Origin: Candidatus Eiseniibacteriota bacterium
GTDB taxonomy: Bacteria; Arandabacterota; Arandabacteria; Arandabacterales; Arandabacteraceae
Reading direction: 5' to 3'
DNA length: 32,807 bases
NCBI GenBank assembly: GCA_043810925.1
Contig: JBDRNT010000070.1
Span: forward strand, 1-32,807
How positions within the stretch are numbered: position 1 is the first letter of the stretch; each line of letters begins with the position of its first letter. The notes below the pieces were generated by a model. It saw only the letters and a list, made by a program, of their open reading frames with translations. It was not told where the DNA came from and did not search any database. A program made the translations under genes and the position numbers. Positions 9,801-18,924 of this stretch are shown here, in pieces.

Positions 9801-10438
9801 CCTTCGACGGCAAGGACGTGGTTCATCTTACCGGCCCGGCAGCCGGAGAGGCCGTGGTTAAACTCGAAGCACCGGGAAAGAGGGTCCTGCACCTGGCAAC
9901 ACATGGTTTCTTCCTGGGAAACTGCGCGTCTGCCCTTGAGACACGCAGCTACTATGGGGGACTTGCTCCCGCGGTGGATCAACCGCCACCCATCGAAGGT
10001 GAGAATCCTCTTATCCTTGCGGGCCTCGCCCTGGCCGGAGCCAACCGCAGGGCTTCGGCCGGACCGGACGAAGAGGATGGCATACTCACGGCGCAGGAAA
10101 TCGGGGCGATGGATCTTTCAAGTGTGGAAGCCGCAGTTCTTTCAGCATGTGACACCGGCGTCGGTGAGGTGCGTACCGGTGAGGGTGTCTTCGGCCTGCG
10201 GCGTGCCTTCCGGGTGGCGGGGGTGAGAACTCTTGTCATGAGTCTCTGGTCTGTGGATGATGAGGCCACGCGTGATTGGATGCAGGCGTTCTACGAGAAG
10301 TGGCTTGTCGACGGCTTGAGCAAGCCGGAAGCAGTGCATGAGGCCAGCCTCGCGATGCTTCATGCGCGTAGGGACAGAGGGGAGAATACACATCCTGTCT
10401 ACTGGGGAGCTTTCGTAGCCGCAGGGGACTGGGAATAA
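6884..10438 (+). CDS. TPR-repeat CHAT-domain (caspase/HetF-like) protease with an N-terminal hydrophobic segment
   Basis: RBS GGAGG. Many ~42-aa kinesin-light-chain-type TPR repeats. CHAT motifs IVPDGALNLVSFAAL, LHLATHGFF (His), VLSACDTG (Cys), SLWSVDD, HPVYWGAF. Confidence 0.92.
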   Translation: MRLGPQSDTALAGWLLFGVFLMTSLAVFGADKEYSQQIDHIQDLIDGYRYNHADSLATEMLASVEETYGAQSMEVVEVLDLIVKARSSSGGKIESHVLIKFAERALEIRESLFGPDDPEVATGLLNLGLMLNIAEDYESAVEVYDRGIAIAERAHGADGPLAAKILAAKGRTLQGPGTYSEAVTCLEQALSVQEATIGEDHIDTAKTLEWLCWAWHFMGEYQNAIAIGDRGLKVHDRLSPPNRHLRARLLNAMGCTLSRAGNHERAWDMFQEAYEISTEILGPDVSDVGYLLYNMGELKLNSGELDDAYTYYEKGLEIIERTYGPEYGDVAYALFNLAQIQNMRGDYVGARSLAERVITIDERVFGADSPRLAVPRQLLAVILENMGEHAEARSILEHSLSVLEGMGEQAGISAASCRGSLASLLSRLGSHEEARSAMEQALSEYEDSFGPEHAATGHMHNRLGWVYYTMDEVDLARQAFERALAIHEKTLGPENAATAGDLGSLGVALTRQGRYDEAGPLFERAQAILEKAEDPPGPRTAMCLHNLAILRRDAGNPEAAALIYDRAIPLIESLYGMNHPNLARTLYHYAVLLAGTGKQAEALEIALRAEEIGSEHHRLTSRRFAEQEGLRYAAVRVSGLDLALTIATEANDPNAIEPVWDALIRSRALVLDEVAARHRTVTDISRLAQDLVTASERLARLMVRGPGGDSPERYNNMVEEARSQKDRSERALADRSGGFREDQRRSKATLRDVASGLPRRSALISFIRYDRHETDPSMAHTPGPRPVVTPSYAVLIQRTDERLPHAIALGDAEEIDWLVSEWRKEFEPGEVRVEAASRIAGANLRRRIWDPVAEYLEGIDGAVIVPDGALNLVSFAALPEDDGGYVVETGPIVRYASAERDLVPSAASPMHGEGMLALGGPDFGAEIEVAALNPATSFRGQRSGCSEFSDLRFAALAGATAEADEIASLWRDTFDGKDVVHLTGPAAGEAVVKLEAPGKRVLHLATHGFFLGNCASALETRSYYGGLAPAVDQPPPIEGENPLILAGLALAGANRRASAGPDEEDGILTAQEIGAMDLSSVEAAVLSACDTGVGEVRTGEGVFGLRRAFRVAGVRTLVMSLWSVDDEATRDWMQAFYEKWLVDGLSKPEAVHEASLAMLHARRDRGENTHPVYWGAFVAAGDWE

Positions 10439-10457
10439 TGGGAGGAGTTGAGGAGCG

Positions 10458-11915
10458 ATGGACATAAAGACAGTACGCAATTACATCAATGACGAGTGGG
10501 TTGAGTCCAAATCCAAAGAGATGCTCGATATCACGGATCCTGCCACAGGTGGTGTAATCGGACGAGTTCCCTTGTCCACCGCGGGTGAGGTGGGCGACGC
10601 GGTCGATGCAGCCCGGGAGGCCTTCTGGGACTGGCGTACGACCCCACCGGTTACGCGGGCCCGCTACTTCTACAAACTCAAGGACGTGCTCGAGGACAAG
10701 TTCGAAGATATCGTCAAGGTGACCTCTGTAGACGCAGGTAAGACGCTTGACGAATCGAGGGCGGAGCTCCGGCGGGCGATCGAGATGGTGGAAGTGGTCT
10801 GTGGAATTCCGAGCCTTATGATGGGTGACAGCCTGGAAGACGTGGCCAATAACATCGATTGCGTGTCGACGAGACAACCGCTCGGAGTGTTTGCAGCGAT
10901 AACGCCCTACAACTTTCCGACAATGGTGCCGTTCTGGTTCTGGCCTTTCGCCGTTGCATGCGGCAATACATTTGTCGTAAAGCCCTCCGAGCAGGACCCT
11001 CTGACCCAGGAGATCATCTTCGAACTGATAGCGGATGAAGTGGGATTTCCTCCGGGTGTTGTGAATGTCGTAAACGGTGGTGCGGAGGCTGTCACCGCCC
11101 TTACCGGGCACCCGGATATCAAGGGCGTGTCCTTCGTGGGCTCGAGCAAGGTGGCTCGCATCGTGTACAAGGCCTGCGGGGAGACGGGAAAGCGTGTGCA
11201 GACTCTCGGTGGAGCCAAGAATTTTGTTGTGGTGATGCCCGATGCCAACCTCAAGGCTACGGTACCGGCACTGATTCATGCGGCCTATGGGTGTGCAGGA
11301 CAGAGGTGTCTTGCGGCGAGTGTCGTTGTTGCGGTTGGCGATGTCCACAAACCCTTAAGAGACGCGCTCCTTGAGGCTGCAAGGAAGATACGGGTCGGGC
11401 CCGGCACGGAAGAGAACATCCAGATGGGACCCGTGATCTCGGCGGAACACAAGCAACGTGTACTCTCATACATCGAGAAGGGTATTGAAGAGGGCGCTGA
11501 CCTCATCCTTGACGGGAGAGATGTGAAGGTCGAGGGGCACGATGGCGGACACTTCGTCGGTGCGACGATTTTCGACGGTGTTACCGCCGGAATGACAATT
11601 GCCGACGAGGAGATATTCGGTCCGGTGCTCGGGATCATGAATGTCGGGAGCCTTGATGAGGCCATCGATGTCATCCGTAACAACAACTACGGAAACGCCA
11701 CGTCGATCTTTACCGCGAGTGGCGCCTCGGCCCGGGAATTTACTTATAGGGCCGAGTGCAGTATGATGGGTATCAACATAGGTATCGCCGCCCCGATGGC
11801 GTTCTTCCCGTTCGGCGGGACCAAGGGATCGTTCTTCGGCGATATAAAGGCACACGGCCGGGAAGTAATCGACTTCTTCACCGATAAGAAGTTGATTATC
11901 ACCCGCTGGATATAA
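10458..11915 (+). CDS. mmsA: CoA-acylating (methyl)malonate-semialdehyde dehydrogenase
   Basis: ALDH motifs ITPYNFP, KPSEQDP, SFVGSS, LGGAKN, GCAGQRCLA, EEIFGPV, GINIGIAAPMAFFPFGG.K.SFFGD. These match the MMSDH subfamily, which lacks the general-base Glu. Confidence 0.9.
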   Translation: MDIKTVRNYINDEWVESKSKEMLDITDPATGGVIGRVPLSTAGEVGDAVDAAREAFWDWRTTPPVTRARYFYKLKDVLEDKFEDIVKVTSVDAGKTLDESRAELRRAIEMVEVVCGIPSLMMGDSLEDVANNIDCVSTRQPLGVFAAITPYNFPTMVPFWFWPFAVACGNTFVVKPSEQDPLTQEIIFELIADEVGFPPGVVNVVNGGAEAVTALTGHPDIKGVSFVGSSKVARIVYKACGETGKRVQTLGGAKNFVVVMPDANLKATVPALIHAAYGCAGQRCLAASVVVAVGDVHKPLRDALLEAARKIRVGPGTEENIQMGPVISAEHKQRVLSYIEKGIEEGADLILDGRDVKVEGHDGGHFVGATIFDGVTAGMTIADEEIFGPVLGIMNVGSLDEAIDVIRNNNYGNATSIFTASGASAREFTYRAECSMMGINIGIAAPMAFFPFGGTKGSFFGDIKAHGREVIDFFTDKKLIITRWI

Positions 11916-11932
11916 GGCGAAGAGGACAACGT

Positions 11933-12370
11933 ATGGAACTATCAGCCTTCGGTGCGATCATGAAGTTTGCGATGGACCGGGAAGCAGACGTCAGGACCGT
12001 TATCACGACGATGAAGAGTGCGGAAGGCTTTTCACTCAAGGAACTTGGTGAGATGATCGCAGCCGACGCGACGAAGAGCATCAAGCTCATCGAGCAAACC
12101 CGCAGGGAGCACGTTAACGAGCTGATCCTTGAGCCCGTATCGGGGCTGGACAGCAGTAATTACGAGTTCAAAGAACTTGCCTCCGGGGAATTGACCGAGC
12201 TCCAGACCGGAGAATACCTGACCGGCATCCTGGACGTAATCATCGGGTTCTACATGGAGGCTGCAGCCAGGATTACCAATCCTGAAGCAACAAGGACCTT
12301 TAACCGGATTGCCAAAGCAAAGATGAAACTGAAAGCGAGTCTTGAAGAGTATCTATCGACTCCGAAATAG
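11933..12370 (+). CDS. Hypothetical helical protein, possibly with a degenerate ferritin/rubrerythrin-like fold
   Basis: RBS GAAGAGGA and tight operon spacing. The pattern FAMDRE ... FYMEAA....PE....F..IAK resembles rubrerythrin helices, but there are no ExxH motifs. Confidence 0.6.
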   Translation: MELSAFGAIMKFAMDREADVRTVITTMKSAEGFSLKELGEMIAADATKSIKLIEQTRREHVNELILEPVSGLDSSNYEFKELASGELTELQTGEYLTGILDVIIGFYMEAAARITNPEATRTFNRIAKAKMKLKASLEEYLSTPK

Positions 12371-12383
12371 CAAAGGGGAGACC

Positions 12384-13259
12384 ATGGGACGGACAGTAAG
12401 GAGCGGCCTCATCCAGTGTTCGCTTCCGCTTCATGAAGGTGAAGGTTCGGTTAACGAGATAACGAAACAGATGTTCGACAAGCACATACCGTTAATTGAG
12501 GATGCGGGCAAGAAGGGTGTTCAGATCCTGTGTCTTCAGGAGATTTTTAACACTCCTTACTTCTGTCCGTCTCAGGATACCAAGTGGTACGCCACGGCGG
12601 AGAAGATCCCGGGCGGGCCCACGGTCGAGGCGCTACGGGAATATGCCAGGAAGTACGAGATGGTCATCGTGGTTCCCATCTATGAAGAGGCGATGCCCGG
12701 TGTCTACTACAACACGGCGGCGGTTGTCGATGCTGATGGAGAGTATCTCGGGAAATACCGCAAGATCCACATCCCGCACGTGGCGGGATTCTGGGAGAAG
12801 TTCTTTTTTAAGCCGGGGAACCTCGGCTATCCGACTTTCCAGACCCGGTACGGGTGTGTCGGTGTCTACATCTGTTATGACCGGCATTTCCCGGAGGGTG
12901 CGCGGCTCCTGGCCCTTGCAGGGGCCGAGATCGTCTACAATCCATCGGCCACGGTCGCAGGCATCTCGCAGCATCTCTGGAAACTCGAACAGCCGGCTCA
13001 TGCAGTCGCCAACGGTTACTTCATGGGCTGTATCAACAGGGTCGGCGAGGAGCGACCCTGGAATCTGGGTAAGTTCTATGGGACGAGTTACTTCGTAAGT
13101 CCGCGGGGAGAGATCCTCGCGGAAGCAAGCGAAGACAAGGATGAGCTTGTTATCGCGGATCTGGATCTTGACCAAATAAGAGAAGTCAGAAATGCATGGC
13201 AGTTTTTCAGGGACAGGCGACCCGAGACCTATGAGGACCTGACACGTCTGCTCCCATGA
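12384..13259 (+). CDS. Nitrilase-family carbon-nitrogen hydrolase, probably beta-ureidopropionase
   Basis: RBS AGGGGAG then ATG 12384. Catalytic triad in LQEIF (E), YRKIHIP (K) and ICYDRHFPE (C). Adjacent to dihydropyrimidinase. Confidence 0.87.
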   Translation: MGRTVRSGLIQCSLPLHEGEGSVNEITKQMFDKHIPLIEDAGKKGVQILCLQEIFNTPYFCPSQDTKWYATAEKIPGGPTVEALREYARKYEMVIVVPIYEEAMPGVYYNTAAVVDADGEYLGKYRKIHIPHVAGFWEKFFFKPGNLGYPTFQTRYGCVGVYICYDRHFPEGARLLALAGAEIVYNPSATVAGISQHLWKLEQPAHAVANGYFMGCINRVGEERPWNLGKFYGTSYFVSPRGEILAEASEDKDELVIADLDLDQIREVRNAWQFFRDRRPETYEDLTRLLP

Positions 13260-13289
13260 TCGAATAGCCTGAGACCGAGGTGAGCGACT

Positions 13290-14678
13290 TTGGGAATCAT
13301 TATCAAGAACGGCACTATCGTGACGGCAAGAGACATTTACAAAGGCGATATCCGCATCGACGGTGAGACCATAACGGCGATCGGCGAAAGTCTATCCGTC
13401 GGCCCCGACGATCAGACCCTGGACGCAGGGGGCAAGTATGTCTTCCCCGGTGGGATCGACGTTCACACTCATTTCGAGCTGCCCTTCATGGGAACGGTAA
13501 GTGCCGATGACTTCGAGACGGGTTCACGCGCGGCGGTTGCCGGAGGGACGACGACCTTTGTTGATTTCGTGATCCCGGAAAAGGGCAAACCCCTGAGCGC
13601 GGCCCTCGATGCATGGCGAAAGAAAGCCGATGGGCGGGCCGTGGCCGACTACGGATTTCACATGGCGATAACCGAATACACCGATAGCGTGGCCGAGGAG
13701 ATTCCATCGATCATTGGTGAGGGGATCACATCGTTTAAGTGTTTCCTCGCCTACAAGGGTCTCTTTCAGGTGGATGACGGACAGTTGATCGCCGTGCTTG
13801 AGAATGTCGGCCGCCACGGCGGGATGGTCTCCATCCATGCCGAAAACGGCGACATCATAACCACGCTGACCCAACGTTACCTGGCAGAAGGGAAACTCAC
13901 GCCGGAATACCACTGGCGGGCGCACCCTGCGATCGCGGAGGCTGAAGCCGTGGAACGCGGTCTCACCCTCGCGAGGTTTGCGGACCAGCCGCTTTACATA
14001 GTCCATCTTTCGAGTGCCGATGGGCTTGAGCGGATAAAGCATGCAGTCGCACGGGGGGATAAGGTCTTGGCGGAGACATGCCCCCAGTATCTGCTCCTAT
14101 CAAGCGATCTTTACTGTCTTCCTGACTTCGAAGGTGCCAAGTGGGTGATGTCACCACCGCTCCGTCCGGCCGACCATCTTGAGAAGATGTGGGAAGGTAT
14201 CGCCAAGGGTTACATACAAACCGTGGCGACCGATCACTGCCCCTTCAACTTCCACGGCCAGAAGGAAATGGGACGGGATGATTTCACCAAGATTCCCAAC
14301 GGAATCGCATCGGCCGGTGACAGGTTCAATCTTCTCTACACCTACGGCGTAGGCGAAGGGCGGATCAGTCTAAACCGGTTCGTGGATGTCGTAGCGACCG
14401 CGCCCGCCAAGATATTCGGCATGTATCCCCGGAAGGGAAGCATCGTTGCGGGTGGAGACGCGGACCTGGTTGTCTTCGATCCTGAGGCGACGGGTGAAAT
14501 CAGTGTGAAGACGCAGCACCACAATGTGGATTACAGTGCTTACGAGGGATTCAAACTCAAGGGTTTGCCCCAGACGGTGCTCCTGAGGGGCAGGTTCGCG
14601 GTCCGGGACGGGGTCTATGTGGGTGAACAGGGGCACGGCAGATTCATCGCACGTTCGGCTTCAGGGGTATCTGCTTGA
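13290..14678 (+). CDS. hydA: Dihydropyrimidinase (D-hydantoinase)
   Basis: TTG start after GAGGTG. Motifs PGGIDVHTH, GGTTT, SFKCF (carbamylated Lys), HAENGD, YIVHLS, ETCPQYL, SPPLR, TDHCPF, KIPNG. Confidence 0.93.
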   Translation: MGIIIKNGTIVTARDIYKGDIRIDGETITAIGESLSVGPDDQTLDAGGKYVFPGGIDVHTHFELPFMGTVSADDFETGSRAAVAGGTTTFVDFVIPEKGKPLSAALDAWRKKADGRAVADYGFHMAITEYTDSVAEEIPSIIGEGITSFKCFLAYKGLFQVDDGQLIAVLENVGRHGGMVSIHAENGDIITTLTQRYLAEGKLTPEYHWRAHPAIAEAEAVERGLTLARFADQPLYIVHLSSADGLERIKHAVARGDKVLAETCPQYLLLSSDLYCLPDFEGAKWVMSPPLRPADHLEKMWEGIAKGYIQTVATDHCPFNFHGQKEMGRDDFTKIPNGIASAGDRFNLLYTYGVGEGRISLNRFVDVVATAPAKIFGMYPRKGSIVAGGDADLVVFDPEATGEISVKTQHHNVDYSAYEGFKLKGLPQTVLLRGRFAVRDGVYVGEQGHGRFIARSASGVSA

Positions 14679-14729
14679 CGACCGGTTGGGCCCAGGCAGG
14701 TTGAGTGACCCCTGGCGGGAGGGATACAC

Positions 14730-16058
14730 ATGAAAGGTGACGAGATAAAGAGGATCGACCGGCAGCACGTGGTCTACAGCTGGAAGGCCCAGCGCGACGT
14801 TGACCCTATAGTGATCGACCGTGCTGAGGGCATATACCTCTGGGATGCCGATGACAACCGGTACATAGATTTTTGCGCCGGGCTCCTGTGCGTCAACATC
14901 GGTCACGGCAACAAACACATCCTCAACACGATGACGACCCAGATGAAGAAATTCACCTACGTGTCCGGTCTCTTCGCCACAGAAGCCAAAGCCCGGCTTG
15001 CGGCGATGATCTCTGAAGTAACGCCGGGTGATCTCGATTACGTGTTCTTCACGAATGCGGGGGCCGAGGCTGTCGAGAATGCGATAAAGGCCGTTCGCAT
15101 GGTGACGGGCAGACACAAGATCTACTCAAGGTGGAGAAGCTATCACGGCGCTACGGCCGGTGCGATCACGCTCACAGGCGATCCGCGACGATGGTACGCC
15201 GAGCCCGGAATACCAGGACTGGTCAAGTTCTTCGGTCCGTACTGCTACCGGTGTCCGTTTGGATACGAGTCCGAGGAGTCGTGCGGGCTGCAATGTCTTG
15301 AGACCTTGAAAACCCAGATTATGCTTGATGGTCCGAAGACGATCGCGGCGATCTTCATCGAACCCATAGTGGGGACCAACGGGATTCTGATCCCGCCGGC
15401 AGGCTTCATCAAGGGTGTGCGGCAGGTGTGTGATGAGAACGGGATCCTGCTTGTGGCTGATGAGGTCATGGCCGGATGGGGGAGAAGCGGCAAGTGGTTC
15501 GGGATCGAACACTACGACGTGGTGCCTGACATAATAGTAACGGCCAAGGGACTCACCTCATCATATGTTCCCCTCGGGGCCATGATCTGGAGCAAGAAGA
15601 TCTGGGATCACTTCTACGATCATCCGTTCGCGGGTGGCCTGACTTATTCGGGTCACGCGCTTGCATGCGCCGCAGGCATCGCGAGTATCGAAGTCTACCG
15701 CAGCGAGGATCTGATCGAGAAATCCAGGGTGAACGGCGAGTACCTGAACAGGAAGTTGAGAGACCTGCTTGAAAAACATCCTTCGGTGGGTGATGTGAGA
15801 TGCAAGGGGCTCTGGGCGTGTATCGAACTTACATCGGATAAGAAGACGAAGACGCCGCTTGCAGGGTTTGCCGATTCAAGGATGAATGTCTCAGGGGGAT
15901 TGATGCGTGAGTTGTTTGCGCGTGGGCTCTATCTGTTTGCCAAGTGGGACTTCATCTTCATCGCACCGCCACTTATAATTACCAAGGAAGAGATCGACGC
16001 CGCGGTCGGGATAATCGACAAGGCACTTGAGTACGCGGATTCGCAGATAGGCAAGTAG
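14730..16058 (+). CDS. Class III PLP aminotransferase, probably beta-alanine transaminase (PydD-like)
   Basis: RBS GGAGGG. Motifs GAEAVENA, SYHGAT, EPIVG, DEVMAGWGRSG, TAKGLTS (PLP Lys), GLTYSGH. Lies inside the pyrimidine catabolic cluster. Confidence 0.87.
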   Translation: MKGDEIKRIDRQHVVYSWKAQRDVDPIVIDRAEGIYLWDADDNRYIDFCAGLLCVNIGHGNKHILNTMTTQMKKFTYVSGLFATEAKARLAAMISEVTPGDLDYVFFTNAGAEAVENAIKAVRMVTGRHKIYSRWRSYHGATAGAITLTGDPRRWYAEPGIPGLVKFFGPYCYRCPFGYESEESCGLQCLETLKTQIMLDGPKTIAAIFIEPIVGTNGILIPPAGFIKGVRQVCDENGILLVADEVMAGWGRSGKWFGIEHYDVVPDIIVTAKGLTSSYVPLGAMIWSKKIWDHFYDHPFAGGLTYSGHALACAAGIASIEVYRSEDLIEKSRVNGEYLNRKLRDLLEKHPSVGDVRCKGLWACIELTSDKKTKTPLAGFADSRMNVSGGLMRELFARGLYLFAKWDFIFIAPPLIITKEEIDAAVGIIDKALEYADSQIGK

Positions 16059-16088
16059 CCCGGGCAGAAAGGGCCGGAGGCGGCAACA

Positions 16089-17405
16089 ATGGACGGCTGT
16101 TTTTCAATGGATCATGCGCTGAGAGAGGCCGCAAGGTGTCTCTTGTGTCATGATGCGCCATGTTCGACCGCATGCCCGGCAGTTACGGAGCCCGATAGGT
16201 TCATAAGGAAACTCAGGTTTAAGAACATCAAGGGAGCCGCGGCGCTTGTTAAGAAGAATAACCTCCTGGGTGGTGTTTGCGGAGCGATCTGCCCCACGAG
16301 TTGTCTCTGCGAGGAAGGATGCCTTGCGACGGGGATCGGTACGCCGATTGCGATCGGCAAGATCCAGAAGTTCCTTGTGGAATACGGCTGGCAGGTCGGC
16401 TTGCCCCCGGTCGCGGCCGGGCCTTCAAACGGGAGGAAGGTGGCCGTGATCGGTGCGGGGCCTTCGGGACTCACGTGTGCCGGGGAGCTGGCGCGGGAGG
16501 GCTACGAGGTTACCGTCTTTGAGAAGCTCTCCAGACCGGGCGGGATGCTTACGTATGTCATACCCGAACATAGACTGAGCGGCGACCTGGTTGAGAAGGA
16601 AATCGCCGAGATCGTCAACCTGGGAGTGGAGATCAGGTGTGACAGCCCGATGGAGAGCCAGTCCGACCTGGAGCGTCTCCTGGCAGACGGTTTCGAAGCC
16701 CTTTACGTGGCAACAGGTGCCTGGAAATGCGCGACGCTCGGGGTACCGGGTGCAGGTCCGGGCGACATCTTTGACGCCATCTCGTTTCTTACGCTCGCCA
16801 AGGCCGACCGTGCGAAGTTCGCCGGCCTGGTACAAGATAAGGACGTGGCTGTTGTCGGTGGAGGAGATTCCGCGATGGATGCGGCGGTGATTGCCAGGAA
16901 GAACGGTGCACGGGATGTTTACGTGGTATACCGGCGATCGTACGCACAAATGCCCGCGTCACAGGAAGCGAAGGACGAGGCGCTCTCAGCGGGGGTGCAC
17001 CTGCTTTTCCTGACTCAACCCGTATCCTACCCGGAAGATGGGAAGGTGCAGGGGATGAGGGTAGTGCGATGCGCTCTATGTGAGCCTGACAAGTCGGGTA
17101 GGAGAAGACCTGTTCAGATCGACGGGACGGAACATGTTATGCCTGTAGATCTCATCGTTGAAGCTCCGGGACCTGTGCCTGCGGATTCGATGGCGCGGTT
17201 TTCGAGCCTCGATCTCAGCGCGCGGAATTGCGTCATCGTCGACGATGACACGGGTGCGACCAGCGAAGCTAATATCTTCGCCGGTGGTGATGCGGTAAGA
17301 GGCGCCTCGCTTGTTGTGAGAGCCGTCGGAGACGGGAAACGGGCAGCGAGAGCGATACACAAGGCACTCGAGAAAACCGTGGACCGGACAGCGGGTGAGG
17401 GATAG
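16089..17405 (+). CDS. preT: NAD-dependent dihydropyrimidine dehydrogenase subunit PreT
   Basis: REAARCLLCHDAPCSTACP, CGAICP...CEEGC, VIGAGPSG, VVGGGDSAMD, YRRS, AGGDAVRG. Immediately upstream of preA. Confidence 0.9.
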   Translation: MDGCFSMDHALREAARCLLCHDAPCSTACPAVTEPDRFIRKLRFKNIKGAAALVKKNNLLGGVCGAICPTSCLCEEGCLATGIGTPIAIGKIQKFLVEYGWQVGLPPVAAGPSNGRKVAVIGAGPSGLTCAGELAREGYEVTVFEKLSRPGGMLTYVIPEHRLSGDLVEKEIAEIVNLGVEIRCDSPMESQSDLERLLADGFEALYVATGAWKCATLGVPGAGPGDIFDAISFLTLAKADRAKFAGLVQDKDVAVVGGGDSAMDAAVIARKNGARDVYVVYRRSYAQMPASQEAKDEALSAGVHLLFLTQPVSYPEDGKVQGMRVVRCALCEPDKSGRRRPVQIDGTEHVMPVDLIVEAPGPVPADSMARFSSLDLSARNCVIVDDDTGATSEANIFAGGDAVRGASLVVRAVGDGKRAARAIHKALEKTVDRTAGEG

Positions 17406-17408
17406 ACA

Positions 17409-18656
17409 ATGAGCCAGAGCAGTCCGCTCAACATAGACTTCTGTGGTGTTCCCTTCGAAAACCCGGTCATGCTTTCATCATCACCTGTTTCCAATACTGC
17501 TGAAATGGTGGGAAGGGCGTTTGATGCGGGCTTCGGGGGCGTGGTTTATAAGAGTATCGGCGTGGGCAGTGTCGAGAGCATCCATCCCTCGCCGCGAATG
17601 GCCTCCTACGACTATCACGGAACCCGGCTCACGGGGCTTCAGAACGTCGAGCAACTCTCCGACCGGCCGTTTAAGGACAATCTGGCGGACATGAAGTTCT
17701 TAAAGAGGCACTGGCCGGGCAAAGTCGTTATCGCGAGTCTCATGGGCTTCTCTGCCGACCAGTGGAGAGAACTTGCGGTAGCAGCAGAGGATGCCGGTGT
17801 GGACATGCTTGAACTCAATTTCTCATGCCCGCACATGACGGTTGAGGGTTCGGGGATGCAGGTGTCCAGGGTTCAGACCCTGGTCGAGCAATTCACCGCG
17901 ATCGTGCGGGAGGCGGTAAGGATCCCGATCACGGCCAAACTCACGCCCAACATAACGAATATCAACGAACCGGCCGCTTATGCCAAGCGCGGCGGCGCCG
18001 ATGCCATATCCGCAGTGAATACCGTTGCGGGGCTTATCGGGATCGATCTTGACGCTTTCGTCCCGCGACCGAATGTTTTTGGGAAGGGGGCTGCGGCCGG
18101 TTACTCGGGACCCGCCATAAAGCCGATAGGCCTGAGATGCATTGCGCAACTCGCGCAGAACAGCGAGCTGGGTCTGCCGCTATCCGGCATTGGTGGTATC
18201 GAGACCTGGGTGGATGTGATTGAGTACATGCTCTGCGGTGCCACGACTGTTCAGATCACGACGGGTGTCATTCACTACGGCTACAGGATAATCGAGGACA
18301 TCCTCGAGGGTATGACCTACTTCATGAAGGACCACGGGTTTGACTCCGCCGGTGACGTTGTGGGTAAGGCCGTACCCAATATAGTGGGCACCGATGCGTT
18401 CGATCTTTCCCGGCAGGGTGTCTCGGAGTATGACCTCGACCGGTGTATCGGCTGCGGAGAGTGCTACATCGTCTGCCAGGACGCCGCGGGCCAGTGTCTT
18501 GCCTGGGACGGTCAGAAGCGTCGGCCCGTGATGGACGAAGCGAAGTGTCTCGGCTGCATGATCTGCTCGTTTGTGTGCCCTGTTGCCAATCCGCCGATGA
18601 TCACCTACAAAGAGATCAAAGACAAGCCACGCATCATCCCTCCGGTATCTGAGTAG
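17409..18656 (+). CDS. preA: NAD-dependent dihydropyrimidine dehydrogenase subunit PreA
   Basis: FCGVPFENP..LSSSP, LQNVEQLS, active-site loop ELNFSCPH, KLTPNIT, AVNT, GYSGPAIKPI, and two C-terminal 4Fe-4S motifs. Confidence 0.93.
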   Translation: MSQSSPLNIDFCGVPFENPVMLSSSPVSNTAEMVGRAFDAGFGGVVYKSIGVGSVESIHPSPRMASYDYHGTRLTGLQNVEQLSDRPFKDNLADMKFLKRHWPGKVVIASLMGFSADQWRELAVAAEDAGVDMLELNFSCPHMTVEGSGMQVSRVQTLVEQFTAIVREAVRIPITAKLTPNITNINEPAAYAKRGGADAISAVNTVAGLIGIDLDAFVPRPNVFGKGAAAGYSGPAIKPIGLRCIAQLAQNSELGLPLSGIGGIETWVDVIEYMLCGATTVQITTGVIHYGYRIIEDILEGMTYFMKDHGFDSAGDVVGKAVPNIVGTDAFDLSRQGVSEYDLDRCIGCGECYIVCQDAAGQCLAWDGQKRRPVMDEAKCLGCMICSFVCPVANPPMITYKEIKDKPRIIPPVSE

Positions 18657-18910
18657 CTCCTGAGGCGGTAGAAATATGGCATCGGGTCTCAGTGCCCGAC
18701 GTACAATGGACTGTATCTATGTAGCTGCTGAACGCCGGCACACCTCTCGGCCCGCCTTGCTCAGAAAAGGCATTCGCTTGCGGCCCAAAAGGATGCGCCG
18801 GCGATTTGCCGCGCGTTTGCTGATTTTTCCTTCCTCTTGCCCGGATTCACCGGAAGGCACTTCGGCAACGGCCCTCGCACCACGAAAAAGGTGGAATATC
18901 GCCGGAGATG

Positions 18911-18919
18911 TGTTATAAT
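18911..18919 (+). promoter_or_regulatory. Extended -10 promoter (TGnTATAAT)
   Basis: TGTTATAAT at 18911-18919 is a perfect consensus and ends 5 nt before GTG 18925. Confidence 0.65.
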
Positions 18920-18924
18920 GTAAG

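Noticed and set aside
6884-10438. TPR-CHAT as a type III-E CRISPR-associated (Csx29-like) protease or defence island
   Set aside because: No cas genes, array or defence genes are nearby. The signal-like N-terminus and long TPR array fit stand-alone CHAT proteins.
18740-18860. Possible c-di-GMP-I-like riboswitch on the minus strand (GCAAAC...GGCGCA)
   Set aside because: The stems and GNRA/receptor pattern do not fit, and no gene lies downstream on that strand. An Rfam scan would settle it.
18676-18918. 80-aa ORF between preA and the nuclease gene
   Set aside because: Arg-rich low-information sequence, no family motif, and it overlaps the nuclease promoter.
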